From assembly GCA_000182565.2 (NCBI GenBank), contig KQ257462.1: 64,000 bases of DNA; one strand, given 5' to 3'. Made by a program: the position numbers and the translations under genes. The DNA comes from Spizellomyces punctatus DAOM BR117. Its lineage: Eukaryota. The notes beneath the pieces are model-generated. The model was not told where the DNA came from. It saw nothing but the letters and a program-made list of their open reading frames with translations, and searched no databases. Numbering within the stretch: the first letter of the stretch is position 1; each line of letters begins with the position of its first letter. This document shows, in pieces, positions 30,473-42,739 of the stretch.

Positions 30473-31967
30473 TCACGAGATAAACCGTTTCGTGAATGGC
30501 ATCCGCGCCTTAACTTGCGCCTGTGCAGCGGAGATTGCGGACTTGTACGATAGACGATGTTCCATTAGAGAGTTGGTCTGGTGCGCCAACAAAAGCAAGT
30601 TATACTTACCTCATCCAAATTCGCGTGGGTTGAGTTGAGGTCCTCCCAAGGCAAACCCCATTTACTGGAATCCAGCTTATCGGGTCGGTCCATAATGCTC
30701 AGGACTTCTTGATGAATCATTTCACAGATATCATCGACTGGAATAGGAACAAAACATTAGTTCATGTCCTCCGCAGCGAATGAGCAATCATCCTACTTGG
30801 TAGATCATTCTCGTCAAGTCCAAATGGGTTTTCAATTTCACCTCCAATAGCTTCCAGGCCGAGTAAGGTGAAGGCAGCCAACAACGTAACAGGGACTGCA
30901 GTAGATGTACTTAAAGCGCCGCTCGCAGAAGTTATGACATATGCAGTCAGCACTTACTGGTGCCCCATTTGTTGTCAACAACTAGTTGGAATGGCAGCGA
31001 GAGGAGATAAACAATTAGCGTCTGTTTCAAATGGATCGAGTAGGCGAAGGGCAAGGGCGTGTTGCGAATCCGCTCGAAGCCAGTGAAACACTCTATCATG
31101 GCATTCAACGAGTTGGTCATACAGCCTAGCTGCGACACGTCGATTTGACCATGCTCCTTTGCTTTCATGATGTACCCCTGATCATGTCTTCAATAAGGGC
31201 TAATGTTGTGGAAGCAAACTCGCTAGCTTGGCTACGTACCCCAAGCTGGAAGGAAATCTCTAGCGGCAGGTTTTTAATATCGGGTTGATTTTGGTTATCC
31301 ATGGCAAACTCAGGTAGGTGACTGATAAAAGGATAGATGTCGTCATAGTGTAGGCCCAACTCATTACGTAGATAATGTTTCGTAGCGTGCATATATGCCA
31401 CAAGTAGATTCATTGCCCCACGCTTCTCGAGAGCATCCTGCGCATTTTTGGCCGATACTCCAATCCAGATAAAGCGGGACATGTTGCGAACCTAATAGCG
31501 TGTCAGATCGTCGTGAATGAAAGCTTTACTCAAACCGATTCTCATACCTGGGTTTCCAATGTGCCCCAGAGACGACGACCCTCCCAGTATCGCTCGTATG
31601 CAGTGTTGTTTCGAAAAACCAGCAATAGACCCATCACCAAACTCACGATGGTAATGAGAAGAGTTGACTTGGGCAAAAATCCTTTCAAAAAGTTTACTTC
31701 GTCGACCATAAAGAACACCGTCCATATGGCACCCCAAGCCGTTATCAAGATGGCCGGGAAAAAGACTTTTGGAATTACGCTTCCGCTCAATCGAAACACT
31801 GAATGGACCATCAATGAGCGTGAGTGTGACTGAGACGAGCCATTGCTATTGTAAACAAACTCACAGTTTTGCGCCTGGTGATAGTAGTTTGACTGGTTTT
31901 TCACCTTTATTGGCTGCGTTGGCCGCCGTGGCGGGGGAGCTGGTCGTTGGCGACGAGTTTCGGGCAT
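30473..31967 (-). CDS. Bestrophin (UPF0187/RFP-TM) anion channel, multi-exon
   Basis: GLLLVFRNNTAYERYWEGRRLWG, ERIRNTPLPFAYSIHL, IGGEIENPFGLDENDLP. Confidence 0.9.
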
Positions 31968-32187
31968 TTTCGATTGCTGTTCGTGAGCAAAAAGTCTGGA
32001 ATGCTCACTGTGGATAAAAAGCAGTAGAGGAAAGAGTGGAGGGACGACAGGCATTGGTTCCGTTCCGCATTCGAGTGTACCGCAGTGCGCCGGATCCAAA
32101 AGTATCCAGCGATTGATGACTAACCAACGGGCGATCATTTGGTCAGATCTCCATCAGCAACTCGCCTCACTCATCCCGCCCCCTGGA

Positions 32188-33451
<1,264 letters not shown>

Positions 33452-33663
33452 CAACCACTCGCCATTTTTCGCGATCGGTGCTCGTAAATATTCCCTCTGA
33501 AGATTGAAGTCCCCCGAGGGAACAACTAGCGACGCACTGCATTGTTGATAATCCGTTTTCGCGCCAAAAGCAGTGGAATACATGTTGTAGTCCATATGTA
33601 CATTATTAGCAAAAACTCTATATTACATTAAATTACGACCACCAGTGTATAGCGCGGTGAAGA

Positions 33664-36600
33664 TCACCGATCTCGGGTTGGTTCATGAAAGCGCGTTTGT
33701 TTCATGCGAGTGCCAGTGGCACTTGACCTTAACCTGCTACTGCCACCTGGTGGTTTCCAAGCTGCTCTGTTGATATCCACCCCATTTGTAGCCGAGGAAC
33801 TCGATGAAGGTGGACCCCGCTTTGACTCTGGCACAGTTCGGTGGACAGCATAACCGTTGCTTCGAGGTGGAGAATTCGAGGTAAACGTGCGCACTTTGCG
33901 ATCCTCGTATCCCGACACCACGTCCTCTAGCCTATGAGAATGGTTAACTGTAAAAGTCATTGGCAGAACGGCAATAGCAGCACACTTACTTCTTCTCCCA
34001 CTCCATGTCTAGTTGTTCCTTTCTCCTTCGCCATTCCATCTCCAACCTCTCCAAACCTTGTTGCTTGCTCCTCGCCAAATCATCTCGCATCGTTCTCAAC
34101 GTGTCTAGATATTTGCCTTTCATTTTCTGCAGGCTCTCCTGAAGATCGCGCGTATTGCGGTGTTTTGCATCCAGCAACGCTTGATTATGCTCGAGAGCAG
34201 CTCGCGCCAAGGCATCTTTGAGCGAACTCACAGTATCCTATGCGCATGAGATATACCACGTTGAGCGACGGGATTTATATGGCTCCTCAAATGCAACACG
34301 TACCTCAAGTTCTTGTACACGATTCCGCCACATCTCACCGCGCTCATCTTTCTCTGTATATCTTCCAGAGCTACCGAGTGCCGAATACTTTATTTTCACC
34401 TCATTCACGAACGCCGCTTTCTCTGCGGCATATCGTTCAGCCAACTTTTCCTCGGATTTTGCATAATCTGCTTTTAGCTTCTGGATGGCAAGGTCATAGG
34501 CTTGCGCACACTGTTCCTTCAGCCGACTCGTGATGTGCAGTATCTCCTGTCGCTGTTGCGCCACCAATTTCATCCGCTCCTCCTCATTCCGTGACGCCGC
34601 TTCGGACATTGCCGTCTGATGTCGATCCATCATATTCTGCAACGCAGTCGCATGAGCAGCTTTCTGGGCAGACAGTTCCTCCGAATGCTCCCTTTCTACA
34701 GTTTCCCGAAATTGCCGTAGCTGAGTCGGGTAGTTTACCATAAGTTCATTCAGAGAGAGGTTTTTTGGAGATGAAGGGATGTTGGCGCGCGCGGTGAGCT
34801 CATGTTTTAGTGCGTCCGAACGTTTTCGCTCTCCATCCAGCTGACTCTGAACAGCGGAAAGCGTAGCTTCATAGCTACTTCTAATCTGTGAAATCTCTCT
34901 CTCCAAATGCTGCACCATGTCGGAATAACCGTCATACTGTTGACCAAAGTCCTCCCTATCAGGACGCCTCGATCTCGTGTACAGGCGTTCTTCCAGCTGA
35001 GCAAGGTCATCGTCGCGCTGCATCACTGCCTTTCGCAATCTGCTTATTTCGTTCTCGAGGCGTTCCTTATCATTGTGGAAATTGTTTTCCTGGATTCTCA
35101 TTTCCTCCTTTAGCTTTCTCGAAAGCTCCTCTTTATCCACTGCCATTTCGCGACGAAGTTCTTTTAGTTGACGCTCCTTTTGCGCTGCGAGCTCCTTTTT
35201 TATGCTCAAAATATCCAGGTCCTTCTCCCGTTGCAAAGTACTGCGAATCGAGGCCATTTGATCCTGGGCTATGCGGGATTTTTCAAGCTCTTCTCTCACA
35301 GAAGCTAGATCCTGCTGCAACAGTTGGTTCTTCTCTGATTCTTCTTGCTATATGATATAAAATGCGTGTGACTGATGTTCACCATACAAAACTCTATATC
35401 GTCACTCACGCGAACGGCTCGCAGCTTTTGCTCGTATTCTGCGCGCAGATTGATTTCAAATTGTCTCTTATCGTCCATTGCAGCGTCTAGGAAAACGGTC
35501 ACATCAATCGACCTCGTTACGGTGATTACGATAAAGTTACATTGGACTGTACCTAAATTAGCTTTTAGTTCCTCATTTTGCTGCAGAAGTCGCTCATTGA
35601 GAGCTCTGAGACTTTGACATTCATTACGGGCTTCGATAAGCATGTCTTGGAAAGGTGACGAGTCCGTCCCTCCAGCAATTCGCAGATGGGGCGTCGACGC
35701 CTCTTGATAGGGCGACTCTAGCGCGTGGGTTGCATGCTCCGGCTGTGACGGACTGTTATTTTCATCATGTTGAGTAAAAGACATTTGGTCCACGGTAGCT
35801 CCGAATGGGGAAGGAAAGGCTTTCAACTCAGGAGCGGCCATCCGTCCCTGGTGATGAGGTCGCGGAGTAGGGGATGGAGATATGTACCCAATATTGTCGT
35901 TGAAATGCTCATTTTCAGGTGACAGTACACCAAGAGAGCTCTCAGGGCTTTCAATATCCCGAGTCGCTAAAGAATGTTTGGCTGAAGCGGTATCGTAAGG
36001 ACCTGGATCTTTATATTGGCTTTGCCTATTTTCTGAAGCTATACACGCAAGGAATAGATTTATTAGTCCCACCAATTTTGGTAGAAAGTAATCGTAAAGC
36101 TACTCACAAACGAGTGATTCTCCTCGCTGATTTTGGCCCCCAACCCCCACTGGCGTCGGGGTTCCCATCAAAGACGAATCCCAGGGTTCTGGCAACTGCG
36201 TTCGGATGTCCCTTCCATAATGTTTAGGAGATCCCTTTATAGCTTCATCGTAACGCACGTCCTCCGTGTCTCGTTCTAGGCCTGTAATCTCAAGATCCGT
36301 CAAGCCTTCCAGTTTGGAAAAATCTTGGTCATGCACATAATTTCCTTGTCCTTCATCATCAAGATCATCCAGTTCTGCATCCAAAAGCTCCAACGTAGGA
36401 GCGTTCAAATAATTTTGGGTACTGTATCCCTCGTCGGGCGGAGCGGTTGAGGTGGGTAGCTCGGAAGTGTATAGAGGCTCGTCGTGTTGGTCTTGCGGGA
36501 ACTGTTCCTCTAAACTAATCTCCTCCTCCGATTGCTCTTCCTCATGTTTTATGTCAGTAGAGTGCGCGGTATGTCGCGGAACACTGTCGAATGCGTTTTG

Positions 36601-37074
36601 ATGCCGGTCCATGAAGCCGTTCAATTGAGTGAATTCTTCATTATCCAATTCCTCTACAAGACGCTTGAACTCGTCGTCCACAAACTCAGAATCGTCTTCA
36701 GAAAATATCTGCTCTTCCTGAGCGGGAAACGGAGTCCCGTAGGGACCACGTTCGCTATTCTTCCAAGTTTTGGCTGGAGTGGTATTGCGGCCATTATCAC
36801 TGAATTGCCGAGAATCTGGCCGATAGCCTGCCATGGCAATGGGAAACGGCGCATGTGCAGGACTTCCGTATGCGGTATTCGGTTGGTCACTGAATGCACG
36901 TCGTTGGGTAGACGAAGCATAAACTACGGTGTTGCTTGACCGGAAAGGGGTATGGGCCCCGCTGTTGGTCCGGCGGTTCAGGCCACCGTTAACGCTCTCG
37001 GTTGGTTGTAGTGGTGGGCCTTCTGGCACATTGCTTTGTGTGGAGGAACGAGGTGAAGAGCGAGCTGCGAGCAT
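33664..37074 (-). CDS. Large acidic-N-terminus coiled-coil protein, possible CEP152/Asterless homolog, multi-exon
   Basis: Acidic helix EDDSEFVDDEFKRLVEELDNEEF, long coiled coils, and MKGKYLDTLRTMRDDLARSKQQGLERL near the C-terminus. Confidence 0.55.
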
Positions 37075-38184
37075 TGGCGACGTGGCATACTTTTTCCCGT
37101 CCCAAATATATCAAAGATCTCCGCCCTGGTAATGAAGTTATCAGCACGAACCACGGACAAAAAGGATGTCCGAGAACGGACGCGTCGTCCAGTTCTGCGT
37201 CCAGTTGCTCCTGCACCAACGCGACTTTCTTCTTTCAGATCTACATGCCACCAATCTTAACTCTCAAATTGAAAGACCGAGCCTTTCCAACGCTGGGAAT
37301 GAATTCACCGATTACGAGCTCTTGATGGCTGGTTTCAATATGCTCAAGATTGTGGTGAAGATTGGCATGGTTATTTCGTCTGTTGACGACTTTCAGTCAG
37401 ACAAGTTCACTTAAAATGATGACCTGGGAGGGAAACGATAAAACTGAAGATTACTTTCGGTTTTGGTGCATATTGACAGCTGTGGCGGTTATGGAAGACG
37501 CCGAGTGGGTCATTCTACTTAAAATTGAAAGCACGAGGACCAAGCCTACGGTATACGCAGACTTGATGGCTATGAACGGTCTTTGCCTCACAGCCATCCA
37601 AAATGATTGAGTCTAGTATGGAGAGGGTGCATGATATTACGAATCTGGATGAAGTCTGTCTCACATTGGAGACCAACAAATGGCCGATAGAGCCATTCTT
37701 TCCTTCAAGCCTTGATCGCTTGACACTCTCGCTGCCTGACGACCTTGCAATGTGGAATTTTCTAAACTGAGTGACCACAGAAATCCGCACTCGGCGAATT
37801 GATTCTCGTTAAAGGGATCTGCATGGTGATTCTCTAAGCTACAGGCACCTCCATCCAGTTTTATAATTCGTGGCGATACAGCCGCTACCGCTAAATCGCG
37901 AACGCCCTCCTAGACTTTCCTCTATACATGCAATACTGATATCTTCATTGATTATAGTTATTAGTGCCCTTCAAAAGTAGCAAAGGGGGAGAGATAGCTA
38001 CAGGCGTAAATTACCTTTGGATATCCAGCAGCAGATGGCTACAGCAACCGGGATGTGACTAAGCACTGCGCCACGCCTATGTTGGGGGCAGCGACAAAAC
38101 TCGTCTATCGACCATTACGGTAGTTCCTTCTCTTGAACCACCCGCCATCTCCTCGATCGTCCATCCCGGAGCAGCGAATTCATC

Positions 38185-39459
38185 ATGGTATGTATCCATC
38201 CATCCATCCATCTTCACACCATTCGGCATCCCCGAGATGGTCTCCAATACGGAAGACAGTTTTTCGGTGGACCGTTGAATTGGTTGTTGCCCAGCTAGCA
38301 TGTGTCAACATGCAATGCCGGACGCAACATGGGCCCTTTTAGGAGACCTTGTCCTAGTGACAAACTCCAATGACTTTAGGAGCTTCTCCCTCTTGAGGGA
38401 GACTCTGATGACCCAGATTTGGCCCAACTAACGGTTTGCCGTGCTCTTCTCCCTGTGATCGCCATTTTAGCCCAAAGCCGTCGGCAAGTCCAAGAAGCCC
38501 GCTCCCGCTCCTTACCCTGCCAAGGGTCAGGCCGTTGCTAAAAAGGCCAAGAACCCTTTGATTGAGAAGCGTTCCAGGAACTTTGCTATCGGTACGCTTT
38601 TGGTTTTTGGGAGAATGCCTTTTCGAGGGCAATTGTGGTTGACTATTGGTGCATGTGTAGGCCAGGACATTCAGCCCAAGCGTGACCTTAGCCGTTTCGT
38701 CAAGTGGCCCCAGTACGTGCGCCTTCAGCGCCAAAAGGCCATCCTCAAGCAGCGCTTGAAGGTTCCCCCAGCGATCAACCAGTTCACCAAGACCTTGGAC
38801 AAGAACACTGGTGAGGATCCATGAGAAGCACCAGGGAAAACCCAACAGCAGTCGCTTACTTGTTTTTTCCAATGTTCAGCCACTCAGTTGTTCAAGCTCT
38901 TGAACAAGTACCGCCCTGAGTCCAAGCAGGAGAAGAAGACCCGTTTGACTACTGCTGCCGAGGCTGTTGCTGCTGGCAACAAGGTTGACCAAGGCAAGAA
39001 GCCCGTTGTCGTCAAGTACGGTATCAACCACATTACTGCTCTGGTTGAGGCCAAGAAGGCTCAGCTGGTTGTCATTGCTCACGATGTCGACCCCATTGAG
39101 GTGTGTGATATTGTTTTTGTCCAATTGGTGTGAGTTGTTGACATTGTTTGATTTTTTATTAGATTGTCATCTGGCTTCCTGCCCTTTGCCGCAAGATGGG
39201 TGTCCCATACTGCATTGTCAAGTCCAAGTCCCGGCTCGGTACTGTTGTCCACAAGAAGACCGCTACCGCTATTGCTTTGACCGAGGTGAAGCCCGAGGAC
39301 AAGCACGAGCTTGCTGCCCTTGTTGGTGCTGTCAAGACCAACTACAATGACAAATTCGAGGAGATCCGCAAGACCTGGGGTGGTGGTATCATGGGTCAAA
39401 AGTCTAACAACAAGACTGCGGCCAAGGAGGCCAAGGCCGCCAAGGAGATCCGGGTGTAA
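38185..39459 (+). CDS. RPL8: 60S ribosomal protein eL8 (L7a / yeast L8)
   Basis: Coding part of exon 1 is ATG only (38185-38187, then GTATGT); [48 protein letters not shown]; strong codon bias. Confidence 0.97.
38188..38470 (+). other. 283-nt structured first intron of RPL8
   Basis: GTATGT donor, ACTAAC branch point near 38427, TTTTAG acceptor; several perfect short hairpins and a (TCCA)n run. Confidence 0.75.
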
Positions 39460-39767
39460 GATGTTTTGTATAAGCATATCAAATATACAGATTCTTCACA
39501 CCGAATATACCCCGTCTCTGGTTTTGCACCCTTAAGGAATTTCCGTGCAACTGATCAAAAATGATATGAAGTGATGTATTCGTGAACTGCTTTGAACGAT
39601 TCTTTTTTCTGACAAACAGTGGCAATGGAAGGAATACAGAAAAAAATTCAAAATTGCGAAAACTAACTTTTGTACAACGAGTTTTGAACCATTCCCTATT
39701 TTTTGCTTGCAGAGATTCTGCAGCGGTGAAAAAATGGACTACATGCGTAACATGATGAATGCGGTGT

Positions 39768-41599
39768 TCAGGCAACCGCCGCCAGCCTCTGCGGCTCCAC
39801 CAATCCCAAGTCCTGATCGACAACAAGCTGTTCAACCTTGCAACCATTGCCGACTCCAGCCCGTCCACCGACAGCTTCCCAATCCTTTTCCATTTTCAAA
39901 CCGCGTTCGTGCCAGATCGTGTCCAGAGCATCCACGAGCACATCCATCAGTTCCGGGTGGTGACCTGGAGTCGGGGTAATCCGCAGCCTCTCCTCACCAA
40001 CAGACACGGTGGGATAATTGATGGACTGCACGTAAATCTTGTACTTGTACAACAGCTCGTCTGACACTGACTTTGCAGTCTCGGCATCACCCACCAACAC
40101 TGGGACAATGTGACTCGGGTTCGGGACCACGGGAATGCCAATCTCTCCAAGACGAGATTTCAAGGCACGGGTATTGAGCTGCTGGCCAATACGCTCCTTT
40201 TGGGATTCTTTGAGGTACCGAATAGAGGTGAGAGCACCAGAAACAATGGCAGGGGGGAGGGAGGTAGTGAAGATGAAGCCAGGTGCGTAACTACGAATCA
40301 TGTCAACCAGGGGTGATGAACCAGCTAGAAGAGATACCACATGTTAGCAATCCACATATATAGAAATGGGACGCTGTCATTGCGCTACTCACCGATATAC
40401 CCGCCAACAACGCCGTAAGCTTTGCCAAGGGTTCCAGTGATAATGTCGATGTCATCCATGGCATCGATATATTCTGCAACACCTCCGCCGGTGGCGCCGT
40501 ACATACCCACAGCGTGAACCTCATCGAGGAAAGTGATGGCATTGTATTTTTTGGCAAGAGCAATAATCTCTTTGATGGGTCCAATCGAACCGCACATGGA
40601 ATAGACTGATTCAAAAGCAATAATCTTGGGTGCATTGATGTCAACCTGCTGGAGTAGCGACTCCAAGTGGGCTACATCGTTGTGACGGAAAATCTTCTTT
40701 TGAGCGCCAGAGTGGCGAATACCTTGAATCATTGATGCGTGGTTCGACGAGTCGGAAAAGATTACACAGCCAGGCATCTTGCCCGCCAATGTGGACAGCG
40801 TAGCGTCATTGGCAACGAAACAAGAGGAGAATACAAGAGCAGCTGGCTTTCTGTGAAGGGATGCCAACTCTTGCTCCAAGCTCAAGTGAAGTTGGGCATT
40901 TCCGGCAATGTTCCTGGTACCTCCGGCACCAGCACCGTACTTGTCCAATGTAGCTCTGAAAAGGACACCTTGGTAAGTATGCACAATGATATTCCAAAAA
41001 TGGCAACGAGTAACTTACTTCATACTGTCCACTACCACCGGGTGTTTGCTCATACCAAGATAATCATTCGAGCACCAAACGGTAACGTGTTCGCCGGTAC
41101 CCGTATGAGCAGTAGGGAAAAGCTGAGCCAAACGGTTAATGTTGTTAAAGTAACGGTAGCTCTTGTCCTTGTGCTTCTTGTCCAATTCATGCTGATAAAA
41201 GGACTCATAGTCAAAAGGCTTGGTGGCACCTTGCACCGGAGCGTGTTTCTCAGTTCGAGCCTGCTTGTGCTGAACAGGGCACCGAGGAGCCGCGGAAGCG
41301 GACTGAGGGTTAAGGAACGTCGGGGGCTGAGCACGGGGAGGGACAGCCGAGATGCCATCGACGACAGCAGCATAAGGGCAGACAGACGACGAATGCATCG
41401 ACCTTGCGCCATTCTTTTTGGACTGAACGGCGATAGCTTTGGACATTACGGGGCATTGTTGCGCGGTGGCAAACAAGGCAGTCGTGGGTTTACCCGATGT
41501 CGTGCGCACAGGGACGGTAGAGAGTTTCCTCAAAGCTGGGACCGGAGTGCGAGCAAGGAAGGGGCACGCCCTGGAAACGTTGGAGAGAAGTGCCTCCAT
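39768..41599 (-). CDS. HEM1: 5-aminolevulinate synthase, mitochondrial (3 exons)
   Basis: [55 protein letters not shown] (PLP lysine), FIFTTSLPP. Confidence 0.97.
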
Positions 41600-41842
41600 T
41601 GTATGTCGAGATGCCAAAGAACGAAAAAAAACTAGAGAATCACACAAGAATCGAGATCAGACCAAGCCCAAGCAAACAATTGCCAGAGCAAACGAGTAAT
41701 ATACATACACAAGGTGCTAGAACGACAGACTCCGAGAAAGGTGCAAAGTGAACGAACCCGTTCAAAAGAGCAAATGTGCAAAAGTTGAAAGAAACGAGGC
41801 CAGCGATGGAAATGGAGATGGAGCGTAGAAACGACCTCTTTT

Positions 41843-41860
41843 TGTGTGTGTGTGTGCGTG
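41843..41860. repeat. (TG)n microsatellite in the HEM1 upstream region
   Basis: tgtgtgtgtgtgtgcgtg. Confidence 0.8.
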
Positions 41861-42739
41861 GGAAATTCGCCCCCCCTCCAACACCTGGGTTGTCACTTGG
41901 ATACCAAAGGGAATTTCCCCGCTTGAAACAAAAAACAACAAACGCGGCGTGAGAAAATCGGCTGATTGGATGTGTACTACATCAAAGATGTTTATTTACC
42001 CATTTTAGGAAATTCATTCATCATTGATGGAGAGCCGGTTTTACTTTCACTGCAACCGGCTTGTTTAATGAATATTACGAATATTCTGAATATGGTTACT
42101 TGCATTAAAGGCATTTTAACCATAGATGGTGGTAGTTGAAATCTTGTGTATTGATGGGATTTTCAATGTGCCAAGCAGTGACAACAGCCTTTGGATAGTT
42201 GGCAAATGGACAACAAAAAAGGACAAGGTTGAGCCGCAATGCAAAGGAGGAGTGGATGCCAAGAGCAGAGCGGAATCGCATGGGTAGGACCAAAAGTCTT
42301 ACTGCGCAAACGTTCCCATTTGAATGGCTTCAAGGTGTTGTTTAGAGAGAACGAATGCCCAGGATTTGATGGCAGCAAAAGGGGTCTTGGCTTTTTGAGT
42401 GGTGTGGGTGGGTGGTGCCTAAAGTTGGGGAGTTCGAATCCCAGCACCCGCATTTGCAAGGGTCCAATCGTTGCTTTTTTGTTAAAACCACACAAGAAAG
42501 GGGGACCGCCGCGCGTGGCCCCCGAAAATGTTTCAGTTGCGGTCGTTTGTTTTGGCCAAAGCTTGCTCTTTCCTTCCTCCCGCTCTGGACATGGAGTGAT
42601 CTCTTTTTTTTTTTTTTTCTTTTTACAGTTTACTTGCCATTTGCGTTGAGATTGTGAACAGGAGTTCGACTGGCGCATATTCGGTCGTGAAATAGATTCC
42701 GTACTCGCACGACTCCCACAAGCACGCTGGCAACGAACA

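Noticed and set aside
38369-38411. SECIS-like AUGA...UGAU in the RPL8 intron
   Set aside because: Intronic, no apical AA loop, and no in-frame UGA selenoprotein found (PTPDC1 catalytic residue is TGT Cys).
40739-41635. 298-aa antisense ORF over HEM1 (similar ones over DBP6, PSA1, RPL8 and the mucin gene)
   Set aside because: Shadow ORFs explained by codon bias of the real gene; no recognisable motifs.
42032-42060. Iron-responsive element (CAGUGA) upstream of ALAS
   Set aside because: No 5-bp upper stem or bulged C around CAGUGA, and it lies about 440 nt from the ATG.
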